Origin: a virus
Virus record (IMG/VR): IMGVR_UViG_3300000970_000004
Span: 1-40,068 of that record
DNA: 40,068 bases
Reading direction: 5' to 3' (one strand)
The position numbers and the translations under genes are program-made. The stretch's first letter is position 1. The number at the start of each line of letters is the position of its first letter. Shown piece by piece: positions 25,998-33,717 of this stretch. Under the pieces are notes generated by a model. That model was not told the DNA's origin and ran no database searches. It saw nothing but the letters and a program-made list of their open reading frames with translations.

Positions 25998-27103
25998 GGT
26001 TTGAAATCGCTATCGTCAAACGCTTTCGGGTTTAGCGGTGGAAGCCAGCGCTTATTCAGGCCGTTGTTTTCCATATACCAATGATAAAGTTTTGTTGCTC
26101 TTTGAACGCGCAAATGTCCCGTTCTATACATCGAAGTTATTTTGCGATTGTCGTCATATTTTGGAAGCTCACGAAGCAAGGCGTGATTGTATTTGCCGCG
26201 CTGCTGAATAAGGAACCAATATTGATGTGAACCTGAAGCAAAGCTTTCAAGCCATTCGTCGCTTGGCATATCGTCCTTTTCGCCGTGAAAGCCAACCGCA
26301 AAATTGGTGTTTTCAAGTCCGTCTTTTAACATAAGACGCGCGACATTGACGCCCTCTTGATAGAGAAACGCGCCAGTCAAATATCCGTGGTCATGGATTT
26401 GCCCCGCCGCAGCTTCGTCAAGAACCTTGCTGAATTTATTGGCAATGGTCTTATATTCAATCTGAATGTCCGGGCGAAGATAGTCGATGCGAATTTTGTA
26501 TTTCACGCCGTCTTTAGTAAATAGAATTGAGACTTCAGGGAAACCGCCGAATAAGTGTGTTTCGTGAAGGCCATATTGTTTGATTATTTCACCCGCCCGT
26601 TTTATCTCTTCAATCTGTTTTTCAGTAAGCAAATATTTACCTTCGTTCGAAGCCTCATAATTTGCTTTAACTTCGTCGTAAAACAGCACGTCAGCGCCAG
26701 CGTCTTTCAACCTCGCCTTAAGAACGGGCATTGTTCCTTTTTCCTTAATGCCGCGCGTTTCGCAGGCCTTAACATAATCGTCTTTCATTTTTAGAAGAGT
26801 TACGCCGTGATGTGTTTCCCATTCTTCTTGAACGAAATTGTGAGCGTTGCGCGACCAAAAAACCGCTTCACCTTCAAGAGCAATATCATGCCACGCGCGA
26901 CCTTCAGCTAACGCTTCTGTCAGGTCTTCAATGACAGCTTCAGCGTCATAATCAGGCAACAATGTTGGCGCTATAACATCTTCATAATAGACCAGTGAGC
27001 CTTTATTCAGCTTGCTTATGGCCGTTGTTGAAAGGCGGTCTTGCGCCGCATACTGCTTGAATGGCAATCCAAAATAAATGCCGTCTGGTAGCTGTTCAGT
27101 CAT
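25979..27103 (-). CDS. PD-(D/E)xK exonuclease (RecE/exonuclease VIII-like) (374 aa)
   Basis: N-terminal DGIYFGLPFKQYAAQDRLSTTAISKL and a core KIRIDYLRPDIQIEYKT (D...ExK). Confidence 0.7.
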   Translation of the reverse strand: MTEQLPDGIYFGLPFKQYAAQDRLSTTAISKLNKGSLVYYEDVIAPTLLPDYDAEAVIEDLTEALAEGRAWHDIALEGEAVFWSRNAHNFVQEEWETHHGVTLLKMKDDYVKACETRGIKEKGTMPVLKARLKDAGADVLFYDEVKANYEASNEGKYLLTEKQIEEIKRAGEIIKQYGLHETHLFGGFPEVSILFTKDGVKYKIRIDYLRPDIQIEYKTIANKFSKVLDEAAAGQIHDHGYLTGAFLYQEGVNVARLMLKDGLENTNFAVGFHGEKDDMPSDEWLESFASGSHQYWFLIQQRGKYNHALLRELPKYDDNRKITSMYRTGHLRVQRATKLYHWYMENNGLNKRWLPPLNPKAFDDSDFKPWQLEE

Positions 27104-27114
27104 TTTTCAGTTCC

Positions 27115-27441
27115 TTATTTTTGCTTTACGTGTTGAATGCGGCGAAAGTTACCTCCGCAAACCTTGCATGTTTCAGGGTCGTTTTCGGTAGACTTAAAGA
27201 TGTGATATGAATTAGGGTCTTCTGGCGCTGAAGCCGCACTTAGTTCGCAACCGAGACAGCAGGTTTTGTCGTGTCTATCAACATCGTGTGAAGATAATCC
27301 AGTAACGTCAACGTCGTCGTTCATTGCGAAAAGACGCCCGTCAACAGCAACCACTTTCAACCCTAAAGACCTCAACGCGCGAAACGCATTGATTAAATCA
27401 CATAGAATTTCATTTTGTTCCGAAGTAATGTCTTTAGCCAT
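27115..27441 (-). CDS. Zn-finger-like small protein (108 aa)
   Basis: ATG 27441 lies 1 nt after the upstream stop; the listed longer start overlaps the upstream gene. Contains CCLGC...CKVCGG. Confidence 0.6.
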   Translation of the reverse strand: MAKDITSEQNEILCDLINAFRALRSLGLKVVAVDGRLFAMNDDVDVTGLSSHDVDRHDKTCCLGCELSAASAPEDPNSYHIFKSTENDPETCKVCGGNFRRIQHVKQK

Positions 27442-27442
27442 T

Positions 27443-27814
27443 TTACTTGCCCCGCATTTCGTCAATCTGACGGTCAACATAGCGCTCTTTGGCGCTGTCA
27501 GAATGGTTGTAATTATAGTCGTCAATCATGTCGCCAAGCTTGCCCTCATAAGAGCCTTCAATGCGCTCACCGTCAGCGCGGTCAACCATGTCTTCGAAGA
27601 CTTCGTTGAAAATCTCTTCAGTGACGTTTTCAGGGTATTCGTCAAAAGATGGGAAGCTGTCGGTTCTAATGTGAAGAATTAAATCGACAGAGTAGTTTTC
27701 GCATGTTTCAGCAAGGACGCCCTTAAGACTTTCGCGGGTCGCAGCGTTTGCACCCTCGACAGGTTCGCCGCCGTCAAACATCACAAATGCGTCAAATGTA
27801 ACTTGCCCTGACAT
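27443..27814 (-). CDS. Strongly acidic early protein (123 aa)
   Basis: 30 D/E versus 11 K/R (net about -19). It is the second gene of the leftward operon. Confidence 0.65.
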   Translation of the reverse strand: MSGQVTFDAFVMFDGGEPVEGANAATRESLKGVLAETCENYSVDLILHIRTDSFPSFDEYPENVTEEIFNEVFEDMVDRADGERIEGSYEGKLGDMIDDYNYNHSDSAKERYVDRQIDEMRGK

Positions 27815-28077
27815 TATCCCGGCTCATTGGTAAGTTTTCCGTCAACATAAACGGGAAATTCAAACAAGGGTCGGTCAGCCTTAACTTCGTCTTTGATGCG
27901 CCGCATACGACTAATGGTTTCGTCAACCGCGCGACTGTGAACGTCATGTAAAGACCAGCCGACTTTTTCGCATTGTTCTATAGAGCCCTCAAACATGACA
28001 ATGTTGCTTTTGTTGCGCTTGTCGCAAAGCGAATAAAGTTCACTCTTTGCATTTTTAATGATTGATAAATTTAGCAC
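27814..28077 (-). CDS. First gene of the leftward early operon, unknown function (87 aa)
   Basis: GTG start with AAAGGAA 5 nt upstream, downstream of a good sigma70-like promoter. Confidence 0.6.
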   Translation of the reverse strand: MLNLSIIKNAKSELYSLCDKRNKSNIVMFEGSIEQCEKVGWSLHDVHSRAVDETISRMRRIKDEVKADRPLFEFPVYVDGKLTNEPG

Positions 28078-28244
28078 TTTAATTCCTTTTGGTTTGTTGT
28101 GAGAACGATTGCAACTTAGGGACAGAAAAACAGGTTGTCAAATATATTTTTTAAATTGTGCTTAATTTTTTCTTAATACTTAATTGACACTTAAGACCAA
28201 ATCAGAATACCGCCGAAACAAATCAACACCTGAAAGGAACCATT
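28078..28244. promoter_or_regulatory. AT-rich divergent early/middle control region
   Basis: Leftward promoter: TTGACA (28141..28136, - strand), 17-nt spacer, TAAGTT (28118..28113). On the rightward side there is TTGACA at 28184..28189 with no clear -10. CTTAAT occurs three times and CTTAAG once between 28161 and 28195. Confidence 0.6.
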
Positions 28245-28406
28245 ATGGCCCGCGTTCAAGTCAGTATCGACAAGAAGCTTTATGAAAAAATGAAAGAGGT
28301 CGGGAAGGCTAATCGCCGCCGCGTTACGGACCAAGCTGACCTTATTATTGACATTGGCCTGCAAAAAGAATGCAAGCGCCTTGGCCTTGGATATGAGCCT
28401 CTTTAG
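28245..28406 (+). CDS. Ribbon-helix-helix (Arc/CopG-like) protein (53 aa), not in the supplied track
   Basis: Manual translation gives MARVQVSIDKKLYEKMKEVGKANRRRVTDQADLIIDIGLQKECKRLGLGYEPL, a beta-alpha-alpha pattern. SD CCTGAAAGGAA lies 5 nt upstream, and TAGTG couples it to the next gene. Confidence 0.55.
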   Translation: MARVQVSIDKKLYEKMKEVGKANRRRVTDQADLIIDIGLQKECKRLGLGYEPL

Positions 28407-28858
28407 TGGCGCGCAATCCCTACAAAAAACAGTCTTACAAGCCGCACAAATCAACAGTAAAGAGCCTGAAGTTCACCCGGGTTTACCGCTGCAACGGTCA
28501 AGGCTGTGGCATTATTCACAAAAACAAAGCGCCTGCGCAGTGTCATTGCGGTTCAATATCTTTTGACCATTTTCACAGTGATGTCGAAGCCAGATATTAC
28601 GCGCTTCTTCTGCTTCTTGAAAGCAGGGGCAAAATATCGAACCTAAAAAAACAGGTTCGCTTTCCCCTTCATACGCAGGGGCCAGACGGTCTGAAAATCA
28701 AGGTTTGCGATTACATTGCAGACTTCGAACACGACGACGAAAACGGGAAGCGTGTGGTTACTGAAGTGAAGGGCGGCATGACTGAAGTTGCCAGCCTTAA
28801 AATCAAATGGTTTGAAGCCGAGTATGGCATTAAGCTTTATATTACGAAAGGATGCTGA
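28406..28858 (+). CDS. DUF1064-type PD-(D/E)xK nuclease (Holliday-junction-resolvase-like) with an N-terminal Zn ribbon (150 aa)
   Basis: FHSDVEARYYALLLLLESRGKISNLKKQVRFPL...YIADFEHDDENGKRVVTEVKGGMTEVASLKIKWFE. Upstream of this is CNGQGCG...CHCG. Confidence 0.7.
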   Translation: MARNPYKKQSYKPHKSTVKSLKFTRVYRCNGQGCGIIHKNKAPAQCHCGSISFDHFHSDVEARYYALLLLLESRGKISNLKKQVRFPLHTQGPDGLKIKVCDYIADFEHDDENGKRVVTEVKGGMTEVASLKIKWFEAEYGIKLYITKGC

Positions 28859-28861
28859 CCT

Positions 28862-29191
28862 ATGTCAGAAGAACCAAACAACGCCACAAAGCCGGGCGGA
28901 AGCGGCAATATAAACGGGCTAGAAGACGCCATTAAGGGTCGTTTTGAAGCTGAAGTTGACGCCAGACTTGCAAGGCAAAAAATCAACGCGACTTTAAACC
29001 TTGCCCGCGCAACTCTTGAAGAGAAGGGCGTTCCTAAGAAAATTCAGGCCGTTGGTGTAACTTACATGATGTTCACGGCTGAAGAGCGCGCCGTTTATAA
29101 GGAAATGATTGATATAATCACGCCGATTATTGACGACAATTTTGAACCTGATTTATTCAAGCCAAAGAAGCCTGAAAAAAAATCTGAATAA
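28862..29191 (+). CDS. Hypothetical protein (109 aa), weak GapR/DUF2312-like resemblance
   Basis: Helical protein. The EEKGVPKKIQAVGVTYMMFTAEERAVYKEMIDII segment loosely resembles alphaproteobacterial DUF2312 proteins (from memory only). Confidence 0.55.
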   Translation: MSEEPNNATKPGGSGNINGLEDAIKGRFEAEVDARLARQKINATLNLARATLEEKGVPKKIQAVGVTYMMFTAEERAVYKEMIDIITPIIDDNFEPDLFKPKKPEKKSE

Positions 29192-29203
29192 AAGAAAAAG
29201 ATT

Positions 29204-29231
29204 ATCGGCGGGCTGAAATCCGCCGATTTTC
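29204..29231 (+). terminator. Rho-independent terminator
   Basis: ATCGGCGG / CCGCCGAT 8-bp stem, 8-nt loop, then TTTT. Confidence 0.7.
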
Positions 29232-29460
29232 GCCCTTGTATTAAAATGCAAATCATTTGAAAAAATAATTTGGGCGGCGCTGTTGAAGCAGCAACCGCCC
29301 GAAACAAACGCTGTCAGAAAGCGCTGAATATGCCGCAAAATAAAGACCATTCGCCCGAAAAATCAAGCCCTGATTTTAAGAGCAATTCAACCGAATATCC
29401 GCCAAGCATATATGACGAAGCTTTTTGGGTTTATGGTGTTGATATGAGCGAAGGCGGCAA

Positions 29461-30411
29461 ATGAGAGATTACACAAAAATATCAACTTCGATTTGGAATA
29501 GTCGTAAGTTCACCAAGCTTTCAAGCATGGGCAAGCTGCTTTATCTCTATTTTCTGACCTGTCCGAACGTCAATTCTATTGGCTGCTTTGTTATCAAAGA
29601 AGGCTACGTTAAGGCGGACTTGGATTGGAACGGTAAGGAATACGAAAAGACTTTGAAAGAGCTTTCGGACCGTGAACTTGTCCGAACATTCGCTGAAGAA
29701 AACCTTGTCAGAATTATCAATTTTCTTGATTTTGAACAGTTCTCAAATCCGAAACATGCAGCCGGGGCGCTCAAAATTGCACTTAATTTGCCTGATTGTG
29801 TCGAAAAACACCATCTTTTCCAAAATATCAAAGCGACGGCTGACTTCCTCAAAAAAGCCAGTAATTACGATGAATTTGATAGGGTATCGGATAGCCTATC
29901 GAAACAATATCGAAACACAGAGACAGAGACAGAACCCGAGACAGATACCGAACCCCCTACTGACGTAGGGGCTGGCGCTGACGCTTCGCCCGCTAAGAAA
30001 AAGAAGCGAAAAACGGCTTGGCGGGATGGTTGGCGACCTAACCCGTTAAGCCAACATATGAACGACAAGCTCCAATTATCACAAGAAGAACTGAAACATG
30101 AATTCCAAAAATTTGAACAAAACTGTAAAGCGCATAACAGACAATATGTCGATTGGGATGCAGCGTGGCGAAACTGGCTCCAAAGTGATTATGGGACATA
30201 CGGACGCCGGATTGCAGGCCAAAGCGGTCAAGGTGTTGGTGGCTCAAGCTCCAGCAGAAACGGACCGCAAGCTTCGGGGTATGGTGGGTCGTTCCAGCGT
30301 GAACTTGACAAGGGAAAATCACAAAGCGCGGTTGAAAGCTATATCGACGTCACGCCAAGCCCTGACGACGCTGACGGAACACTTCGCCTTGTCTTTGACG
30401 AAGACCCCTGA
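29461..30411 (+). CDS. Replication initiator / replisome-organiser-like protein (316 aa)
   Basis: N-terminal YTKISTSIWNSRKFTKLSSMGKLLYLYFLTCPNVNSIG is typical of phage replication-organiser N-domains. It also has an acidic TETETEPETDTEP linker and a C-terminal W-rich segment (DWDAAWRNWLQ). Confidence 0.5.
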   Translation: MRDYTKISTSIWNSRKFTKLSSMGKLLYLYFLTCPNVNSIGCFVIKEGYVKADLDWNGKEYEKTLKELSDRELVRTFAEENLVRIINFLDFEQFSNPKHAAGALKIALNLPDCVEKHHLFQNIKATADFLKKASNYDEFDRVSDSLSKQYRNTETETEPETDTEPPTDVGAGADASPAKKKKRKTAWRDGWRPNPLSQHMNDKLQLSQEELKHEFQKFEQNCKAHNRQYVDWDAAWRNWLQSDYGTYGRRIAGQSGQGVGGSSSSRNGPQASGYGGSFQRELDKGKSQSAVESYIDVTPSPDDADGTLRLVFDEDP

Positions 30412-30439
30412 AGACCTCGCAAGCGCCTTCTGGCTGGAC

Positions 30440-31072
30440 ATGATGACACGCGGCCTATCATATCGAAACGACGGCGCTGACCTTGCTGACGCGAAGCGTG
30501 ACGCATTTAAGCGCATGTTGTGCAAATATCCGCCTGACGTTGCCCGGGTTTGCTGTGAACGTCTGCGACCTGACGGCTGGTTCCCTTCAATCGACAAAGT
30601 TGAAATTGAAATCATTGAACTGCTGAAGTGGCGAAATGAGGTCTTCACGGCTCTTCTTGAAGGCGAAGTTTTGACCGACGAACAGCTTCGTCAAATTGAA
30701 ATAAGGCGGCTTGGTTATAAGCTGTCAGCGGCGCTGAAGCTGTTTCCGATTTGGGACAATGGCAAAGAGCAAAGACAAGAACAATTTGAAGAGGCCAAGG
30801 CTACGCTTTCGAATGCGCTGCGTGAGTTCGTTGAATTTTGCCCGGAACCTGAAGATTTTATCGACAGGCGCAGCGTCGCAAGCGCTGAAGAATATCTGAA
30901 ATCTGAACTGGTTCCTTACCCTTACAAAATTGAAACAGCTAAAGACCGCTCTGAACGATTGCGTCAGCGCGACCTTGAACACGAACAACGGAAGGCTGAA
31001 GCCATAGCCAACCTTGAAGCGGCGATTGAAGACGACATGATTGCTGAAATTGAAGACCAAAAGCACATATGA
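30440..31072 (+). CDS. Hypothetical replication-module protein (210 aa)
   Basis: This is the first ATG after the upstream stop, in the frame of listed ORF 30098..31072. The upstream 314 nt of that ORF overlap the initiator gene, so the start is uncertain. TTG codons near 30395..30405 are also possible. Confidence 0.5.
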   Translation: MMTRGLSYRNDGADLADAKRDAFKRMLCKYPPDVARVCCERLRPDGWFPSIDKVEIEIIELLKWRNEVFTALLEGEVLTDEQLRQIEIRRLGYKLSAALKLFPIWDNGKEQRQEQFEEAKATLSNALREFVEFCPEPEDFIDRRSVASAEEYLKSELVPYPYKIETAKDRSERLRQRDLEHEQRKAEAIANLEAAIEDDMIAEIEDQKHI

Positions 31073-31392
31073 TGACCTATAGCGAAACAACACAGCGACC
31101 AAAGAAGGCCCGGAAAGAGCATGTTTGCGACGAATGCAAGACGACTATCGCCAAAGGAACGGTTTACATTGGCAACAGCAGCGTCATTGACGGCAAATAT
31201 GAGCCCATGCGACGCCATATGGACTGCATCGCCGCCGCTGACCTATTGGACGCTGAATGCACTGTGAGCGGAACTTATAGCCGCTTTCTGCTGACTGTCC
31301 TGATTGCGAAAAACCCGGACATAAAACCCAAATTAAAAGCTCTGCTGGTTGACTTCCCTGAAGTGTTGGCGCGGCTGAATGCAGCATTATGA
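31069..31392 (+). CDS. Cys-containing hypothetical protein (107 aa)
   Basis: ATGA overlaps at both ends. Contains CDEC...HMDC. Confidence 0.6.
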   Translation: MMTYSETTQRPKKARKEHVCDECKTTIAKGTVYIGNSSVIDGKYEPMRRHMDCIAAADLLDAECTVSGTYSRFLLTVLIAKNPDIKPKLKALLVDFPEVLARLNAAL

Positions 31393-32168
31393 ATAAATTA
31401 TCTTTACTTGATTTGTTTTCAGGAATTGGAGGCTTCAGCGTTGGTTTTGAGGCAACAGGTGGATTTGAGACAGTCGCATTTTGCGAAATTGAAGAGTTTC
31501 CGCGAAAGATATTAAATAAACACTGGCCTAACACGCCAATTTACAAAGACGTAAGGGAACTAAACCGTGAAAAACTTATTGCCGATGGAATTGCCAAAAT
31601 CGACGCGCTCACAGGCGGCTTCCCCTGCCAAGACATCAGCCTTGCTGGAAAGCAGGCGGGAATTAACAGCGAAACAAGAAGCGGGCTTTGGTCAGAATGC
31701 GTTCGTCTTGTTGGCGAATTACGACCCAAAATCGCAGTCTTTGAGAACGTCTCAAACTTGCTTTCTGGCCCTAGCGAACAACGAGGGAGGTGGTTTAGCC
31801 GAATACTCTGCGATTTGGCCGAGGTCGGGTATGATGCAGAATGGCACTGTCTGCCAGCTTCCTTCATTGGTGCATGGCATAAACGGGACAGAGTTTGGAT
31901 TATTGCCTACCCCAACAAAGTCAGAATGGAAGGGCGCGCCTCGACACCGATACTACGGCAGCGACACTTACAAATCGAACTTGTGCGAAGCTTTGAGGCT
32001 TGGCCCGGAAGACCCAATTTACCCACACCCGTCTTTTCTCGAACGCATGATGGGGTTCAAGATAGGGTGGACAGAACTATGAGCCTTGGAAACGCAATCG
32101 TTCCAAGCATTGCGGAGATTATAGGACACGCAATTTTAGAAGAATTCAGCGGAATAATCCGCGAATAA
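31389..32168 (+). CDS. DNA (cytosine-5)-methyltransferase (259 aa)
   Basis: Ordered motifs: DLFSGIGG (I), GGFPCQDIS (IV, 31614..31640), ENV (VI, 31743..31751), GYDAEW, HKRDRVWIIA (VIII) and LGNAIVP (X, 32085..32105). Confidence 0.9.
   Translation: MNKLSLLDLFSGIGGFSVGFEATGGFETVAFCEIEEFPRKILNKHWPNTPIYKDVRELNREKLIADGIAKIDALTGGFPCQDISLAGKQAGINSETRSGLWSECVRLVGELRPKIAVFENVSNLLSGPSEQRGRWFSRILCDLAEVGYDAEWHCLPASFIGAWHKRDRVWIIAYPNKVRMEGRASTPILRQRHLQIELVRSFEAWPGRPNLPTPVFSRTHDGVQDRVDRTMSLGNAIVPSIAEIIGHAILEEFSGIIRE
31567..32082 (+). other. 171-codon +1-frame ORF embedded in the methyltransferase gene, carrying methyltransferase-like C-terminal motifs
   Basis: Open from GTG 31567 to TGA 32080..32082, with an internal ATG ATG at 31831. 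It reads SLRTSQ, WPRSGMMQNG, GLLPTPTKSEWKG and FLERMMGFKIGWTEL. See findings. Confidence 0.35.
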
Positions 32169-32187
32169 CGCCACGAAAGGAAATAAC

Positions 32188-32640
32188 ATGGCAAAAACGA
32201 CTAAACCAATGATTAAGGTTTCAATAATCGCATACATTCCCGCGCCGGATATGATGGACCGGGACAGCTTCGAAGCCTGTCACAATAAGCTGGAAAAGAT
32301 TGAAAGCTTCATTCGTGAAGAGGCGACGGAAGTCGCGCGCTTCGCAAAAGACCCGGTTGGGCGACAATACGACGTTGAAGAGCCCAAGGCCGCTGAAGCA
32401 GCGCCAAAGGCTGAAGGCAACGCAACCACTGCTGCGCCCTCACTTATCGGTTCAAATGTTCAGCCTGCTTCATGGGCGACAGAAGAGGGAACCGTTCAGC
32501 TTGGCGACGTTGTTTCAGCGGCGCGCCTGAAGGCCAGTCTGTCGATTGAAGAGTGGAACGAGCAGGACGAAAGCGCCCGCGAAGCTCTGATTGCTGACAT
32601 GGTTGAAGAAATGAAACTGAAGCCTGAAGATGCAGAATAG
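32188..32640 (+). CDS. Hypothetical acidic protein (150 aa)
   Basis: SD CGAAAGGAAA lies 6 nt upstream. No motif recognised. Confidence 0.65.
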   Translation: MAKTTKPMIKVSIIAYIPAPDMMDRDSFEACHNKLEKIESFIREEATEVARFAKDPVGRQYDVEEPKAAEAAPKAEGNATTAAPSLIGSNVQPASWATEEGTVQLGDVVSAARLKASLSIEEWNEQDESAREALIADMVEEMKLKPEDAE

Positions 32641-32723
32641 GCGCAAAAGCCTGTTCTGGCCGCTCACATTGGCCGCGTTTCTCGCGGTCATTTTGGCTAT
32701 CATTTTCGTGTAGCCACACCATT

Positions 32724-32739
32724 AAACCCTGAAAGGAAA
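32724..32739 (+). promoter_or_regulatory. Conserved leader/SD motif AAACCCTGAAAGGAAA (copy 3 of 3)
   Basis: Exact 16-mer, 5 nt before ATG 32745. Confidence 0.7.
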
Positions 32740-32744
32740 ACACA

Positions 32745-32960
32745 ATGGATAAAATATATGGAACAGTGAAGTTCTTCGATAAAGGCAAAGGTTTTGGCTT
32801 CATAGCGCCCGACGCTGGCGGCTCTGACGTGTTCGTTCATATCTCTGCTTTGAAAAAATCAGGATGCCCGGAATTGTCTGAAGGTGACAAGGTTTCGTTC
32901 CTTGTTACGCGCGGCAAAAAAGGCAAAGATGAAGCCAGTTCAGTCGCGTTGCTTTCGTAA
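32745..32960 (+). CDS. Cold-shock domain protein (CspA family, 71 aa)
   Basis: GTVKFFDKGKGFGFIAPDAGGSDVFVHISAL with RNP1 (KGFGFI) and RNP2 (VFVH). Confidence 0.95.
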   Translation: MDKIYGTVKFFDKGKGFGFIAPDAGGSDVFVHISALKKSGCPELSEGDKVSFLVTRGKKGKDEASSVALLS

Positions 32961-33469
32961 TGGACTGGAAAAGCGTCATAGCAAAGCTTGACGAGCTTTC
33001 AGACGACCATTCGCGGGAAGCGTCCATTATTAAGGATGCTTCCCCTGTATTCGCAGAGCGGCTTATTGCGCGCGCTCACAACTGCCGTGATTTATCAACG
33101 GCCCTTAAAGCAGGATTAAAAAAAATGAAATATGTAAAAAAACCAGTCGTCATTGAAGCGATTGAAGCAATTAAAATTGCTGAATTTATAGCTGAAGCAG
33201 GAACTAACATTCCTGAATGGGCGCAGGACGCAGTTATGGAAAAGACGCTTTATATGTCCGCTGACCCTAACGACGCAACGAAGAAAATGCTGACTGTAAA
33301 GACGCTTGAAGGCCATATGGCGGCAAATTATGACGACATGATTATTCGCGGAATTAAGGGCGAAATATACCCCTGCAAGCCTGACATTTTCGCTGAAAGC
33401 TATGACGTTTTTGACGAAAACGACATGCCTGAAGGCTACCCTCGCGCCAAACAAGCGAACATGGGTTAG
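32960..33469 (+). CDS. Hypothetical protein with a PGDYG-like C-terminal domain (169 aa)
   Basis: TAATG coupling. The C-terminal KKPVVIEAIE...TLEGHMAANYDDMIIRGIKGEIYPCKPDIFAESYD resembles the small phage PGDYG domain (from memory). Confidence 0.6.
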   Translation: MDWKSVIAKLDELSDDHSREASIIKDASPVFAERLIARAHNCRDLSTALKAGLKKMKYVKKPVVIEAIEAIKIAEFIAEAGTNIPEWAQDAVMEKTLYMSADPNDATKKMLTVKTLEGHMAANYDDMIIRGIKGEIYPCKPDIFAESYDVFDENDMPEGYPRAKQANMG

Positions 33470-33471
33470 TT

Positions 33472-33717
33472 GTGTCAGAGGCTATACCAGACAGAGTTTG
33501 CGTTGACGCAGACAGTGAGTTTTTCCACCCTGACTATAGGCGGATTGGCGTGAAGTTTGACGGCAAAGTTCGCCCTGACGACGTGCAAGAATACTGCATG
33601 TCTGAAGGCTGGATTAGAAAACAGCTTAGAAACTCGCAAGGTCGCTTGATTATGGAGCGCGGAAAAGCCAGAACCGTTAAATGGACAGGAAAGGTCGAAG
33701 CTTTTTGGCGCAGATAA
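33472..33717 (+). CDS. DUF3297-like protein (81 aa)
   Basis: GTG start. PDRVCVDADSEFFHPDYRRIGVKFDGKVRPDDVQEYCMSEGWIRKQ matches the DUF3297 pattern (from memory). Confidence 0.6.
   Translation: MSEAIPDRVCVDADSEFFHPDYRRIGVKFDGKVRPDDVQEYCMSEGWIRKQLRNSQGRLIMERGKARTVKWTGKVEAFWRR

Noticed and set aside
28191-28454. 87-aa - strand ORF across the control region
   Set aside because: It overlaps the better-supported + strand RHH ORF, which has an SD and coupling to the next gene. It would also start inside the nuclease gene.
30098-30439. N-terminal 114 codons of listed ORF 30098..31072
   Set aside because: This part lies entirely within the initiator-like gene in another frame, and its translation is R/K/S-rich with no features. 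A start after the initiator stop is more likely, though not proven.
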